Counted from the stretch's first letter, positions 50,193 to 62,346 are shown. The stretch is DNA of 64,000 bases from Saccharolobus islandicus REY15A (GCF_000189555.1 NC_017276.1); one strand, 5' to 3'. Translations and numbers: made by a program. Notes: generated from the letters alone by a model not told the origin.

Positions 50193-51452
50193 ATGGAACT
50201 AAAAATCACTGATTTCAAAGTTTTCGTAGCTCAGGCCAATTTCGAATGGGCTTTCGTGAGAATCTACTCCAAGGACTTGTATGGTACTGGTGAGGCTGGT
50301 CCAGCACCGGGTTTAAAAGGAATGGAAAGCGAGTTTAGACAATTACTAATTGGCGAAGATGCGTTTAAAATTAATAGGATAGTTGAGAAACTGAGATATG
50401 CCGCACTATACTCCGGGACTACTGTGTATCATCTGATCTCAGCCATTAATATAGCATTATACGATATTATTGGAAAATTCCTAAATGTACCAATATACAA
50501 ATTGCTAGGAGGGGATAAGACGGAAATACCAGTATATGTTGACGCTCATGGAGGGAAAGGATTAGAAGCGATTAACGCTTTACACTTACCAGTTAACTTA
50601 CCTTGGATAAAGGAAGCTGAAGTGGAGACAAGTAGGTTGCTCACAACCAATAATCCAGTTCATGGTAGGTTATCAATGGAAAAGTGGAATGAGGACTACT
50701 CCCCTGAGGCTTACGCTAAGAGAGCTTTGAAGATGAAAAACGAGGGTTATAAAGCCATGAAATTTGACCTAGACGTTCCTACACCTTATATAGATTTAAG
50801 GAGAGTGAGAAATGGGGATTTATCCCTTAAAGACATCGACTACATGGCAGAAATAGTTAAGGCTGTTAGGGAATCCGTTGGCAATGAAGTCGAAATAATG
50901 TTCGATTTGCATTGGAGATATAATTTAAACACTGCTATTAGGATTTGTAAGTCATTAGAACCATATAGGCTAAGATGGCTAGAGGATCCAACACCTGCAA
51001 TAATGGCTGTTCCCAATTACGACGAATTGAAGTTGTTGACATCTCAGTGCTCAGTTCCAATAGAAACTGGTGAGAATCTCTATACAGTATACCAGTTCAA
51101 GGATTTACTGAATACTGGAACAAGAGTATGGGCTCCAGATATAGTTAAGGCTGGCGGGATAACTGAGGGAAGAAGAATAGCTGAATTAGCTGCGATGTAC
51201 GATATAGAATATTCTCCTCATAATATTGCTTCACCAATAGGTACTATGGCTCACGCTCATGTAGGGTCGATTGCAAACACTTTCGGTTTCGTGGAATTTC
51301 ACGGTCATGATGTGCCTTTCTGGAATGAGATAGTTAAACCTAAGAGAAGGATTATAGGGGATGGTGTAATTAAGCTTACCGAGGATCCAGGATTAGGTGT
51401 TGATTTAGATGATGAGGTTATGAGGAAATACTGGCCAGATTATAATTTATAA
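50193..51452 (+). CDS. Mandelate racemase/enolase-superfamily acid-sugar dehydratase
   Basis: AMKFD, MFDLHW, WLEDP, TGEN, PHN, PGLG. Confidence 0.88.
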   Translation: MELKITDFKVFVAQANFEWAFVRIYSKDLYGTGEAGPAPGLKGMESEFRQLLIGEDAFKINRIVEKLRYAALYSGTTVYHLISAINIALYDIIGKFLNVPIYKLLGGDKTEIPVYVDAHGGKGLEAINALHLPVNLPWIKEAEVETSRLLTTNNPVHGRLSMEKWNEDYSPEAYAKRALKMKNEGYKAMKFDLDVPTPYIDLRRVRNGDLSLKDIDYMAEIVKAVRESVGNEVEIMFDLHWRYNLNTAIRICKSLEPYRLRWLEDPTPAIMAVPNYDELKLLTSQCSVPIETGENLYTVYQFKDLLNTGTRVWAPDIVKAGGITEGRRIAELAAMYDIEYSPHNIASPIGTMAHAHVGSIANTFGFVEFHGHDVPFWNEIVKPKRRIIGDGVIKLTEDPGLGVDLDDEVMRKYWPDYNL

Positions 51453-51567
51453 AATATGTATGAACTTCCTAACTCATAAACCTAGATATAACTTCAAGTT
51501 ATATTTTTTGAAAATGTAATTATAAATTACTGATAAAGTTTTATATAAAGAAAGAATAAAGGGTTTT

Positions 51568-52722
51568 TTAGTCGTAGAAACCCTTGCTACTTTTAGCTAA
51601 TTCCTCTATTAAACTATTTGGCCTATACGCCCTATATCCTTTCGAATAGATATCGACTAGATGATTGTAAATGTTCTTTATACCTAGTTCATCAGCCATT
51701 TGCATTAAACCCTTGGGGAAATTAAAGCCATAAATCATTACAGTATCAATATCCCTAGCACTTACTATACCATTTTGTATGAGCCATGCCCCCTCATTTA
51801 CTGCTAAAGATATTAATCTAGCCGGATCAACCTTACTACTAATTGGTAAATCAACTTTTTTATACTTACCAGCTGCAGGATAATTATAGAATCCTCTTCC
51901 AGTCTTAACGCCCAATTCTTTAGCCTCATACTTCGTCTTATACATCTCACACTTAACATCTTCAGCAGTTCCGCTATTTACTATCACATTCCATAAATCA
52001 ACTGCAACATCCAATCCCACATAATCCGATAGCTCGAAAATGCCCATTGGTAATTTAAGCTTATTCCTAGCAGTACTATCAACTTCCTCAATACTCGCTT
52101 CACCACTCTCAACTTCCCTGCAAGCCTCTTGCATTAGCCTCAAAAATATCCTATTGCTAACAAAACCGGGAACTTCAACCTTAAGTCTAACTGGGATTTT
52201 GTTCATTTTCTTCGCCAAATCTATTGTAACGTTAATGGTCTCATCTGAGGTGTACTTACTAGGAACTACCTCTACGAGCTTCATAATTGGTGGAGGATTA
52301 AAGAAGTGCATTCCGATAACTTTCTCCTTCCTCTTAGTGACTTCAGCTATAGTCGATATCGGGATTGATGAAGTATTCGAGGCTAGAAACGCGTGGGAAG
52401 GGGTTATATTATCTAAAGTCTCAAACACCTTTCTTTTAAGCTCTATAATCTCTGGAACTGCCTCTATAATGAAATCAGCATCGCGCATTATATCATAAGA
52501 CGTCGAGAATTCTATTCTTTTCATTACGTCCTCTGGCCTTTCCTTTATTTGCCCCTTTTCATAAAATCTGTTTAATGACTCCATTATCCTCTCCTTTGCC
52601 CTATTTAGGAAATCCCACGATATATCCACTACGCTGACCTTGTAGTTGGCAAGTGCAGAAACCTCAGCAATTCCATGACCCATGGTACCCGCTCCAACCA
52701 CGCCTATCTTTTTTATAGTCAT
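51568..52722 (-). CDS. 3-hydroxyacyl-CoA dehydrogenase
   Basis: [39 protein letters not shown]. Confidence 0.92.
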   Translation of the reverse strand: MTIKKIGVVGAGTMGHGIAEVSALANYKVSVVDISWDFLNRAKERIMESLNRFYEKGQIKERPEDVMKRIEFSTSYDIMRDADFIIEAVPEIIELKRKVFETLDNITPSHAFLASNTSSIPISTIAEVTKRKEKVIGMHFFNPPPIMKLVEVVPSKYTSDETINVTIDLAKKMNKIPVRLKVEVPGFVSNRIFLRLMQEACREVESGEASIEEVDSTARNKLKLPMGIFELSDYVGLDVAVDLWNVIVNSGTAEDVKCEMYKTKYEAKELGVKTGRGFYNYPAAGKYKKVDLPISSKVDPARLISLAVNEGAWLIQNGIVSARDIDTVMIYGFNFPKGLMQMADELGIKNIYNHLVDIYSKGYRAYRPNSLIEELAKSSKGFYD

Positions 52723-52838
52723 GAGTGATATATAATAATTTTAAGAATTTAAAGTGAAGCTTTATTCCATCATTAATAAATATATACATTTACGATTAGG
52801 CGTAAAGCATATATATACTGAACATTGTGTATCATAAT

Positions 52839-54023
52839 ATGAGCATTAGAGAGATAGTAAGACTTTTCGGTCCAGCATGGATAGTAATGATGGCGGATGT
52901 TGACGCAGCAAGCGTATTAACTGGCGTAGCCAATGGGCAAGAGTACGGATATAGACTGATCTGGCTGTTGCTACTCTTGGCCTTTCCCTTATATGTTATC
53001 CAAGAAGCTGCCGGAAGATTAGGTGCAGTAAATAATGGTAAAGGTCTTGGGGAGATTATTAGGGAGAGATACTCAGTTAAAATATCGCTACTAGCCTCTC
53101 TTTCTATGTTTATGGTTGACGTGTTCACGTACATAGTTGAATACGTTGGAATAGCAGTCGGGGGATTAGTGCTAGGAGTTCCACCTTATATAACTCTTCC
53201 AATTTTCTTTATATTTCATCTAATTATAATATCAACTAGAAAATATGATAAAATAGAGAAATTCCTAATATCGATATCTTTAATTTTGCTAGTTGCATTT
53301 ATGCTTGAAGCTATATTAAGAGGCATCATACCTGGAGAAAACGTATTTTACTTCTCACTTTCCAAATCCTTTACGTTTCTTGTTGCTGCAAATATAGGCG
53401 CAGTAGTCATGCCCTTTATGATATTTTACCAAACCTCGGCAACTGCTTATAAATACCAAGATGTAGCTTCGCCAATAGAAACTAAGGTGAAGTGGTCCTC
53501 CATAGAGACGTTTATCGGGGCCATAGTATCAGAGCTTATAATGGTGGCTATAGAAATGGCAACTACTGGAATTTCACAATCAGTAGATCCTTTAAATTAC
53601 AAGGAAATGTCTTATTCACTATCCTTAATTTCAGGTCCAATTTCCCCATATATATTTGGAATTGGCTTAATTAGTGCAGCTTTTCTAGCATTAATAGTGG
53701 AGTCTTTAGGAAGTGCGTGGGGAACTTTAGAAGCTTTAGGTAAAAACAGTTTTAGCAACTTTCTACTATTATATATTTCCGAATCGATTCCTTCACTCGT
53801 AATTACGCTACTTTTCACCAACAATTACGATAATGTGATAAACTTTGCCCTAACTTTAATGTCAATAGCACCATTTATAGTTATAATCCCCTCGGTATTG
53901 ATTGGAATTTTAATAAAGGATAAGAACTTAATGATGAACTACAAATATGGAAGAACTAGAATGATCATTTATTGGATTACCGTTATAATTATACTCACTG
54001 GGGGAATACTTGCAATAATTTAG
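52839..54023 (+). CDS. NRAMP/MntH-family divalent metal transporter
   Basis: GPAWIVMMADVDAAS, GQEYGY, GAVVMP; multi-TM. Start ATG 52839 or GTG 52827. Confidence 0.87.
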   Translation: MSIREIVRLFGPAWIVMMADVDAASVLTGVANGQEYGYRLIWLLLLLAFPLYVIQEAAGRLGAVNNGKGLGEIIRERYSVKISLLASLSMFMVDVFTYIVEYVGIAVGGLVLGVPPYITLPIFFIFHLIIISTRKYDKIEKFLISISLILLVAFMLEAILRGIIPGENVFYFSLSKSFTFLVAANIGAVVMPFMIFYQTSATAYKYQDVASPIETKVKWSSIETFIGAIVSELIMVAIEMATTGISQSVDPLNYKEMSYSLSLISGPISPYIFGIGLISAAFLALIVESLGSAWGTLEALGKNSFSNFLLLYISESIPSLVITLLFTNNYDNVINFALTLMSIAPFIVIIPSVLIGILIKDKNLMMNYKYGRTRMIIYWITVIIILTGGILAII

Positions 54024-54892
54024 GTTCCTTTCCACATTTTTAAGGAGGATATGAAATCTGAAATTGAATATCTACTTTTCCAGCTTAATGGATAACTAAA
54101 CTTAATATTGCGAGGGGAAGTGTAATCTAGACTTAATAATTCATTATCGTTCAATGTCATCCTTATTTTCCTATCATTAACCTCTATTTCCAATTTTCCA
54201 GCTTCCTCTTTACTTTCCAAAAATTCAAAGCCTTTGTCATATCTTAGCATTAAGAACTTTTCTAGATTTTTTATGTTACCATCAACCACAACAGTACCAG
54301 AACCTAGTATAATGTGAAATAACCATAATTTTATAACGTTTAAACTTTGATCTATGTCCTTTACGCTATAAGCTTCGTCTCCGAAGTAAGTACAACCTCT
54401 CAATGCTATACAGACTTGTTGACCATAGAAGTATACTGTATCGTTTGCCCACTCAGAGTGTTTTTCAATAGATTTATACAGAGGTTCTATGTGAACATAA
54501 TATTGTGGATCTATCTCAATCATTCTAGAAGGTGGTAAATATTTTATAACTTCTGAAGGTAAATTGAGGAAAGTGATAAAGCTGGGATAGGAGCCATTCC
54601 ATATGGAGAATGTTCTCTCCGAGATTTTCCTTATTTCGTTAAATGGCTGTGTCTTGTATACTAATCTGTAAAGGTTCTCTGACATCGTATTGGGCAATTT
54701 ACTTAGTACTAATGCTCTAAATGCGGGAGATATTGCGTTTATATATGGTATGATATCGTTTTCACCCTTAACTCTTTTAACTATGCCATTTTTTATAATG
54801 TAAACTTCATCATCATCGCTAATTTGAACCTCTATCTCACACTGTGTATTCACTAGCCCTTTTTTCCATCTTATACACTGTTTATATACCAC
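54020..54892 (-). CDS. Hypothetical protein
   Basis: 290 aa intact ORF with host-like codon usage; no recognisable motif. Confidence 0.7.
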   Translation of the reverse strand: MVYKQCIRWKKGLVNTQCEIEVQISDDDEVYIIKNGIVKRVKGENDIIPYINAISPAFRALVLSKLPNTMSENLYRLVYKTQPFNEIRKISERTFSIWNGSYPSFITFLNLPSEVIKYLPPSRMIEIDPQYYVHIEPLYKSIEKHSEWANDTVYFYGQQVCIALRGCTYFGDEAYSVKDIDQSLNVIKLWLFHIILGSGTVVVDGNIKNLEKFLMLRYDKGFEFLESKEEAGKLEIEVNDRKIRMTLNDNELLSLDYTSPRNIKFSYPLSWKSRYSISDFISSLKMWKGT

Positions 54893-54932
54893 ATTTAAAG
54901 TAAGGTATAACCAAATATTAAAATACTAATTA

Positions 54933-55505
54933 TCAACGATGCAATGTGTATTTAGAGTAAAAGGACTTCAACTCGTTAGCGTATTTTACACAATTTAAAC
55001 TAGATGTAATTGCTATGACTAAGATCCCAAAGGCTAAACCAGAAAATATGAAGGCAATACTCACAATATTTAACAATAAAAATAACGACGAGAAAATAAG
55101 GAGAACTAGTGAAATTTTGTTCTCATTAACTACGTGAGACACTGCTACACTTACTTCCTCGGATAAGAAAATTATTTTATCTACATTCTTAATCTTCTCG
55201 TTCAGTATATTTATAGGACCCTTAAGGCTATCCCAGTTGGCTGAGACATATTTTTTCAATTCTTCAATTTTGACGTTAAGTGGACTAGCAATTATCGTAC
55301 CTTCGAGCATATCTGAAACCTTATCTGATGATAGAAGCTGAACAAGGGATAGTAATGCTTCCAGTTTAGCTAAAAATGTTATTTTATCCAAGTCTTTAGA
55401 TAAACTCGGTAATCTAGATTCGAGGTAAAACTGCAATCCACTCGAAATAATCAATAAGAATGGTGAAGTTAATATAATCCCTAAGAACAATATGTTATGA
55501 CTCAT
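54933..55505 (-). CDS. Hypothetical membrane protein
   Basis: N-terminal TM, coiled central region, two C-terminal TMs. Confidence 0.72.
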   Translation of the reverse strand: MSHNILFLGIILTSPFLLIISSGLQFYLESRLPSLSKDLDKITFLAKLEALLSLVQLLSSDKVSDMLEGTIIASPLNVKIEELKKYVSANWDSLKGPINILNEKIKNVDKIIFLSEEVSVAVSHVVNENKISLVLLIFSSLFLLLNIVSIAFIFSGLAFGILVIAITSSLNCVKYANELKSFYSKYTLHR

Positions 55506-55634
55506 AAATTTTCACCTATTCTTTCATTGTTCTTGTACTATAATATGCTATAGAGTAAATAAATATTATGTTCTAGGTAATTATATATTAAGTGGCCTTA
55601 TAATAATATATATTAATATCGTCTAAGAACAATT

Positions 55635-56315
55635 GTGAATAAGGTTATCATTGACAAATACGTCATTCGTACTGATTGTAATGATGATAATATCCTAAAT
55701 GATCTAGTACAGACACTAAGAAAATACAACGTAAAAGCGTATAATTACAAGGTTGAATTTCTACGTGACAAGGTTAGTGTTAGAGTAATAAGAGGAAATG
55801 CTGTTTTAAACTTATCAAATCTATATATAAAGGAATTGGAAGATATTCTAAAAGAATCAGAGGAATTATACACTACCAGATTTGGCATAGAATTCCATAA
55901 TATACCATCTAAGAGGGAGATTCTAGATAGGCTAGAATCCACTGAGCTTCCTTACTCTAAGGTTGACGTATTTAAGGATAAGGTTAAGATAAGGACAGTA
56001 AATGGGTTCACGTTCATTGATGAAACGAATTTAGAGGCAACATATTATTTAAGCCTAATTTTCGATAAGGTTAATTTAAAACCCTTCAATGTGGGTAGAA
56101 TTAAAAAGGTTAAGGATATGAGAGCCTTGCTTCTCCTTAAATACTATGGAGTAAGGGATTTAGAATTGATTGAGAAATTAATCGATTTAGATTTGAGAAT
56201 TGAGGATAATGAGATTATAATCGGAGATATTGCAATTGGAGAGAATGGGATATTAAAAAAGGACAAGGAAGTATCTAAAAAGGAATTATATGAGTTAGTT
56301 AAAGTTAATAAGTAA
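55635..56315 (+). CDS. Hypothetical protein upstream of mvaD
   Basis: 226 aa ORF ending 18 nt before mvaD; GTG start. Confidence 0.72.
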   Translation: MNKVIIDKYVIRTDCNDDNILNDLVQTLRKYNVKAYNYKVEFLRDKVSVRVIRGNAVLNLSNLYIKELEDILKESEELYTTRFGIEFHNIPSKREILDRLESTELPYSKVDVFKDKVKIRTVNGFTFIDETNLEATYYLSLIFDKVNLKPFNVGRIKKVKDMRALLLLKYYGVRDLELIEKLIDLDLRIEDNEIIIGDIAIGENGILKKDKEVSKKELYELVKVNK

Positions 56316-56333
56316 TAACATATTCTTAGAATC

Positions 56334-57311
56334 GTGCTAAAGTCTGTAACAGTTTCAGCACCTTCAAATATAGCCGTAGTGAAGTATTGGGGAAAAAGAG
56401 GAGATGAAAGGTTAAATTTACCACTTAATAACTCATTGTCGATTACATTAGATGACCAGTTATCAGTAATTACCAAAGTTACCTTGAGCGATAAGAACAT
56501 TGTAATAGTTAACGAAAGGATCTTACCAGAGGATGAAATGAAAGAATATGCTGGAAGAGTGTTGGAAGCCTTTAAGAAAATCGTTGGCAAGGAGTTTAAC
56601 GTTAAGGTCGAGTCAAAGGCAAAATTCCCCGTTAACGCTGGATTAGCGTCATCTGCGGCAGGAATTGCCGCATTAACCTTTGGCTTGAATGAACTATTGG
56701 AATTGGAACTTAAACCTGAAGAACTTTCCAAAATAGCCAGACTAGGATCTGGGAGTGCTTGTAGGAGTATGTTTGGAGGATTTGTTGTATGGAATAAGGG
56801 TCTAAGAGAAGATGGTGAGGATTCCTATTGCTATCAAATCTTCCAACATGGACATTGGAGTGAACTAGTCGATATAATTCCGATATTAAGCGAGAAAGAA
56901 AAGAAGATATCTTCTAGAAAGGGTATGATAAGATCAGCTGAGACTTCAGAATTAATGGAGTGTAGGCTAAAATTCGTTGAGAAGACCTTTAATGAAGTCA
57001 TCGAGGCTATAAGGAATAGGGATGAGAGGAAATTCTACTATCTCGTCATGAGACATAGCAACAGTATGCATGCAATAATATTAGATAGTTGGCCGTCATT
57101 CTTCTACTTAAACGATACTTCAATAAGGATAATGGAATGGATACAAGAGTACGGTAAGGCTGGTTACACATTCGATGCTGGACCAAATCCCCACATTTTC
57201 ACTACAGAAAGATATGTACAAGACGTCTTAGAATTCTTAAAATCTCTAGAAATAAAGAGAATTATAGTATCTAAAGTTGGAGATGGACCTAAGATATTGA
57301 ATAGAGAATGA
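56334..57311 (+). CDS. mvaD: Diphosphomevalonate decarboxylase
   Basis: [35 protein letters not shown]. Confidence 0.94.
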   Translation: MLKSVTVSAPSNIAVVKYWGKRGDERLNLPLNNSLSITLDDQLSVITKVTLSDKNIVIVNERILPEDEMKEYAGRVLEAFKKIVGKEFNVKVESKAKFPVNAGLASSAAGIAALTFGLNELLELELKPEELSKIARLGSGSACRSMFGGFVVWNKGLREDGEDSYCYQIFQHGHWSELVDIIPILSEKEKKISSRKGMIRSAETSELMECRLKFVEKTFNEVIEAIRNRDERKFYYLVMRHSNSMHAIILDSWPSFFYLNDTSIRIMEWIQEYGKAGYTFDAGPNPHIFTTERYVQDVLEFLKSLEIKRIIVSKVGDGPKILNRE

Positions 57312-57320
57312 CAAAATTTT

Positions 57321-58289
57321 TTAATTAGAATCTAGCTTTAAGCCCTCATTCTCCTTCACGTCAATAGTTATAATACCTCTTCTTTTCCATGCCTCCCTTA
57401 CCTTACTCAAATCATTACCCAAAGCGAAAATTGAATCCCCACCACCAGCTCCAGGGGACAAGGCTATTAATGCGCCTTCGTCCTCAGCTATCTTTATCAA
57501 CTCCTCCTCTTCTTTACTTACTAGTTTAACACCGACTATACGTTCAGCTATATAGTTTAGATACTTCCTCCCTAACCTTACATGCTCTACAGCTTCGTCG
57601 ATTTTATTTAATTTTACGAGTCTAATTGCCATATTATTCTCCTCATCTATAAGCCTCATAATTTCCCGAAAATCCTCTAAATTACTCTTCTCTACAAATT
57701 TCTTGACTAAACCCACAGTTTCAGAACTCTTTCCCGTAAAGCCAAGTACCATATCATAATTACCCAGCTTTAACTTCTCGTAATAGAAGTCCATTTTCTC
57801 CAAATCAGTAAATCTCTTGTAAACTATACTTCCAAAAACAGCTGAAGCTATATCAAACCCACTTCCAATTCCCTTTTGTCTCTTGAAATTGGCAATTTGC
57901 GCCAATTTATGTATTTCAAATAAATCCAGTTTACCATTGATAGCGTAATATAGGCAGGCGGTAAGGGAAACTGTAGCAGCTGAAGAACTGCCTAATCCCG
58001 TTTTTTTACCATCTAATATGAATTCCTTATCGTTATAAAGTTCAATTTCATAGCCTTGAGGAAGTTGGGTAAATCTTTCTCTAAAAGTATCTAGGACTGA
58101 ATTAATTAACTCATTACCTGAATTTTTAAAATCGCCATAACTAGTGTGGAAAATCAAACTCCTCTCTTGAATTTCTCTTAACCTGCAACTCACTCTCTTA
58201 TTAACTGCAATTACGTGTGATATACCTCCAAATACTACGCTATAACTTCCTATCCAAAGTATTTTTCCAGGAGCGCTAATCCTTATCAC
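57321..58289 (-). CDS. Phosphomevalonate kinase (GHMP family)
   Basis: [28 protein letters not shown]. Confidence 0.9.
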   Translation of the reverse strand: MIRISAPGKILWIGSYSVVFGGISHVIAVNKRVSCRLREIQERSLIFHTSYGDFKNSGNELINSVLDTFRERFTQLPQGYEIELYNDKEFILDGKKTGLGSSSAATVSLTACLYYAINGKLDLFEIHKLAQIANFKRQKGIGSGFDIASAVFGSIVYKRFTDLEKMDFYYEKLKLGNYDMVLGFTGKSSETVGLVKKFVEKSNLEDFREIMRLIDEENNMAIRLVKLNKIDEAVEHVRLGRKYLNYIAERIVGVKLVSKEEEELIKIAEDEGALIALSPGAGGGDSIFALGNDLSKVREAWKRRGIITIDVKENEGLKLDSN

Positions 58290-58340
58290 ATTCCATATTC
58301 CTTATTAGCTTTTTAATCTTTAACTACAATTCTTTGGCAA

Positions 58341-58949
58341 ATGGAATTCCTAAGTAAAAGGGAAAGGCTAGTATTAGTTGCTATAGCCCAATCGGGACCT
58401 AGTGGGACTACTTATTCGCAACTTTCAGCATTAGGTTACATCTTGTCCAAAAATACGATACAAGAAACCATTGAGAATCTTTACTTGCAAGGTTATATTA
58501 ACGTTCTGAAAGATGGAGACGAGATAAGATACATTGCGTCAAAAAATGTGAGAAATGCTATTATTAATTTGGAATTTCATAAGTATAGACTAGCTAAAAA
58601 TCTAACCGAATTGAAGAAAAAAGTAGAGGATATTAGCAAAATGGAGAAACAACAACAAGCTACAGCTTTCAAGGGTATACTAAAAGATCTGCTTTCCTCC
58701 ATTTCATCTTCAATAGTATCATTGCTAGATGAGTTACCAGCTCTAACATTGCCAGAATACATGGAGGTTCTGGAAAATCTATACAAGGAGTTTTTATCAA
58801 AACTATCTCCGCTGATACAAGAATCCATGACTGAGGATGAAATAAATACGTTCATCTCTTTGGTAGGTAAATATAGGGGAGAAAAAGACGCTGAGGAAAT
58901 TAAAAATACATTACAGAAGATAAAGGGAGGAACTGAGAATCAACGTTAG
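58341..58949 (+). CDS. Hypothetical protein with an N-terminal winged-helix-like domain
   Basis: LSKRERLVL...TIQETIENLYLQGYI wHTH-like pattern followed by a helical region. Confidence 0.72.
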   Translation: MEFLSKRERLVLVAIAQSGPSGTTYSQLSALGYILSKNTIQETIENLYLQGYINVLKDGDEIRYIASKNVRNAIINLEFHKYRLAKNLTELKKKVEDISKMEKQQQATAFKGILKDLLSSISSSIVSLLDELPALTLPEYMEVLENLYKEFLSKLSPLIQESMTEDEINTFISLVGKYRGEKDAEEIKNTLQKIKGGTENQR

Positions 58950-59138
58950 AGTTTTTCCATCTTGAAGGTTTCTCATAAACTTAGAACTACATCTGATGTT
59001 CGAGAAAATGTAAGAAAATAATTTTAACTTATGTTTAGTTTGAAATTTGTCGTTCTCACTTTTAGGCTTTTCGTCCCATTCGCTACTGAGGAACTCCATG
59101 ATAAAAAATATAAATGATTAAAGAGTAGTAGTAAATGT

Positions 59139-59450
59139 ATGAGAAGGACTAGAGATGATATAATAGGTGATATCTTAGAGGCGATTGATAGTAACATTAA
59201 TAGGATATCTAGTATTATGAAAAATGTTAATCTTAGCGCATCACTAGCAAAAAAGTATCTGTCAATGCTAACTGATGACGGGCTTATTCAAGAGGTTGAT
59301 GGTGAATACAAATTAACTGAAAAAGGGAGAAAAGTTCTAGAACATTTTAGAAATATGAGAAAGATTGAGTTAGAATTAGCTACTATAATATATGAGGTAA
59401 GAAAAGAACTATCAGCTAACAAGAAGGAAGATCAAGTAAGCCATAGTTAG
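59139..59450 (+). CDS. Winged-helix transcriptional regulator (archaeal HTH_45 type)
   Basis: RRTRDDIIGDIL...NLS....KKYL..L...GLI....GEYKLTEKG. Confidence 0.85.
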   Translation: MRRTRDDIIGDILEAIDSNINRISSIMKNVNLSASLAKKYLSMLTDDGLIQEVDGEYKLTEKGRKVLEHFRNMRKIELELATIIYEVRKELSANKKEDQVSHS

Positions 59451-59930
59451 AAGACCTATTCCTATATCTACTATTTTATATATCCTCTTAGGTATAAGAT
59501 TGAACAACGAAAGGGATATTATTGAAGCTGCAGAGGCTATTATAAACGACGAAACTATCTCTATGGAATAAAGAAGAGTATAACCAGTTGAAGCAATAAC
59601 TATAACTAATACTTTAGTTGGAGTTATAACGAAAGCTCCTTGTAGTAATCCTGCCTTATTTGCCCCTATATCTATTTCCTTATTGAATATCGCTTGGACC
59701 AACAGTAGAATTGAAAATATAATACCTACTATATCTGAGATCATTTCCAGAAATTTATTATCACCTATAAGAATTACAAGTGGTATTGCTATTATAATGA
59801 ACCCTGCTGAATGAGCTAAAGCGAATTGGATAATTTTCCATCTACTCCTTAAGAGTCTGGCGGTAGCTACGTGATCGGGCTCAATTCCGTGGGAAAGACC
59901 TAGTAATAATGATAGGATTATAGGATCCAC
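59412..59930 (-). CDS. NicO/HoxN-like nickel/cobalt transporter-type membrane protein
   Basis: LLLGLSHGIEPDH resembles the HxxDxDH metal motif; AHS in helix 2. Confidence 0.65.
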   Translation of the reverse strand: MDPIILSLLLGLSHGIEPDHVATARLLRSRWKIIQFALAHSAGFIIIAIPLVILIGDNKFLEMISDIVGIIFSILLLVQAIFNKEIDIGANKAGLLQGAFVITPTKVLVIVIASTGYTLLYSIEIVSSFIIASAASIISLSLFNLIPKRIYKIVDIGIGLLTMAYLIFLLVS

Positions 59931-60185
59931 GTTTACACCTTAAATAACTACAGTAATATAACTTATTGCTACTCGCGACAAAAAATAGTGGTAATTCCTT
60001 GCAAGATAATTAATGAAGAGGATTATAAATTACTAACATATTCAAGACTATATCGAGAATTTTTAAGGTAAGACTAAAAGCAGAAAGCTGTTAAGGTAGA
60101 GATTATATCACCTTTCATAACTTCCAGATGGGAAAAACCATTAATTTCTTTCTTCAAACTATCATACTCATAGTGTTAAACTAAA

Positions 60186-61415
60186 GTGAGAGAAATGAGA
60201 GTGCTAGCAATTGGTAACGTGTTTAACCCTTCTGGAGTATCAGTTCACATAAAAAACGTGTTAAAAGAACTAGTAAAGATGGGAGACGAAGTAACGTTAT
60301 ACGTTCCATCATTTCTAGTTAGAAGAAACTATGAGGTGCTAAAGGATTTAGAGAGCGCACATGTTAACGTTCATCATTCTGTGTATGAAGTTAAAGAAGC
60401 TGAAGAAGTTGGTACATTACCCTATTTCATAAAATCTCATACCGTCTATTTGAGATGGAATGATTTGGGAGAGGATAGAAAATACATTGATGAACTAAAG
60501 GAAATTAAACCTGACGTGATATACGATATGCACGAGGACTCAATAACGTTGCGATTATCTTATCATATTTCAAAAAAATTGGATAAGCCATTAGTTAAAC
60601 TTCTACATGATGAACCATTCAGGAATTCCTTCGGAAGGGGATACAAGAGATTTCTAGGAATCAAGGGTTTAGCCTATGATATCTTAATGTGGATGTTCTA
60701 CAAATTCGACAAGAGAGCGTTTTTGCGTTCAATAAATGATGGAGTACTAAGGGGAATAGCCGGTGTATCTAAGGCATCGTTTTATTTATCTGGGATTGAA
60801 GAGATTGCACGTGACGTGAGATTAAAGGTTTACGAGGTCGGCAACGCTTTCAATAGGGATATTATTTATAAGTATAGGAAGACTAAGGGTAAAGAAGACT
60901 ATGCAGTGTTCTTTGCTAGATTAGTACCACAGAAAGGTATTAGGGAATTGCCTAGAATTGCTGATTTACTAAATAGTAAAATAGTTGTATTTGGAAAAAT
61001 TTTCAACGAGAGGGATAGGGCGATTCTAATGTCGCATCCTAAAATTGAATATATGGGTTATAGGCCAATAGAGGAGGTGTATAGTACAGTAGCTAAGGGC
61101 AAAGTTTTAATATATCCTTCCCATCAAGATGGTTTTTCCCTAGTTGTTTTAGATACCTTAGCTTTAGGTACTTCGGTCGTAGCATATGACATACCAGCAA
61201 TTAGGTTCGTTTTTTCCAATTTAAAACCAGTTAGAGCAGTGAGAGAGTATGATGTGAAGGAAATGGCGAGGATTGCAAACAATATATTGAGTATGAAAGA
61301 TGAGGAATATGAGAGCGAGCATGAAGATGAGAACGTGAAGAAGTTTTTAGAATTACACTCGTCATGGGCAAACGTAGCTAAGGAGACTCATGACTTTCTT
61401 TCTGCATTCTTATAA
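60186..61415 (+). CDS. GT4 glycosyltransferase
   Basis: FFARLVPQKG, YPSHQDGFSLVVLDTLALG, YDIP. Confidence 0.87.
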   Translation: MREMRVLAIGNVFNPSGVSVHIKNVLKELVKMGDEVTLYVPSFLVRRNYEVLKDLESAHVNVHHSVYEVKEAEEVGTLPYFIKSHTVYLRWNDLGEDRKYIDELKEIKPDVIYDMHEDSITLRLSYHISKKLDKPLVKLLHDEPFRNSFGRGYKRFLGIKGLAYDILMWMFYKFDKRAFLRSINDGVLRGIAGVSKASFYLSGIEEIARDVRLKVYEVGNAFNRDIIYKYRKTKGKEDYAVFFARLVPQKGIRELPRIADLLNSKIVVFGKIFNERDRAILMSHPKIEYMGYRPIEEVYSTVAKGKVLIYPSHQDGFSLVVLDTLALGTSVVAYDIPAIRFVFSNLKPVRAVREYDVKEMARIANNILSMKDEEYESEHEDENVKKFLELHSSWANVAKETHDFLSAFL

Positions 61416-62346
61416 ACCTCATTGATAGTCCTAATTTTATGGAAGTTAAATAGAAATTATCTCTAATTAAATAGAGGAAATAGAGCACTGCAATGACCCA
61501 TAAAATTCCAGAGATTTTAAAGTAAAAGAATCGCAATATATAAGCCAAATCTGAGAGAATTATTGAAATTACTATCTTATCATAATTATATCTACTAGTT
61601 GAGTACGTAATGCAGGAGAAGAATAAGGTCGACATAATACCTAAGGTGAATGCGTGGACGAAATCTCCAAAATAGAGTGATAAAAGGGGGATCACTATGA
61701 GAGATAGTAAAGATGAGATTGCACTAGTGTTCTTAAACGTAAATGTTTTTCTGTATATTGTTAGAAAATACACCACTCCGATAAATGGAAATAGAATGGG
61801 GAAGAAGTATGACGATATTATAATTAGAAATATTGGTAACTGATATAATCCGAATACTGGTCTCGTTCTTAAATTAACGGAGAACACTCCCACGTTAACT
61901 CCTAATATATATAAGAGTAAAGGAGTTATGAGAAGCCAGTAATTTGGATAGAGTAGCCATGTAATTATAGATGCAAATGGCGATGAAAGCACCAAAGCGT
62001 TAATTGGCAATTTTTTAGCATTATAACCATAACTTCTCAGATCCAGTAAAGCTTTGACTTCAGTAATTGCTAGTGTAATTGATGCAATAATTTGAAAATA
62101 ATATATCGGAATTGCCAAAAAGATTAGAGAGGCTATATGTAATGCTAGGTAATTTTTGGCAGGAAAGAATAGTCTCTGTATCATACCAAAGTACAACGCG
62201 TAAGCTCCCAACATCATGAAATAGGGATGATATGACCAATTGAGGGGAAGTGATAACGAACCCAAAGCCCAATATGCTATTGCCAAGAATATAAAAGGAA
62301 TGTTAACTCCCCATGGTTCAATCTCCTTAATTTCACTCTTCTTCAT
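61378..62346 (-). CDS. Polytopic membrane protein (possibly NnrS-like)
   Basis: About 11 TM segments with conserved-looking His (HPYFMM, VHAFTLG); family assignment tentative. Confidence 0.65.
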   Translation of the reverse strand: MKKSEIKEIEPWGVNIPFIFLAIAYWALGSLSLPLNWSYHPYFMMLGAYALYFGMIQRLFFPAKNYLALHIASLIFLAIPIYYFQIIASITLAITEVKALLDLRSYGYNAKKLPINALVLSSPFASIITWLLYPNYWLLITPLLLYILGVNVGVFSVNLRTRPVFGLYQLPIFLIIISSYFFPILFPFIGVVYFLTIYRKTFTFKNTSAISSLLSLIVIPLLSLYFGDFVHAFTLGIMSTLFFSCITYSTSRYNYDKIVISIILSDLAYILRFFYFKISGILWVIAVLYFLYLIRDNFYLTSIKLGLSMRFIRMQKESHESP

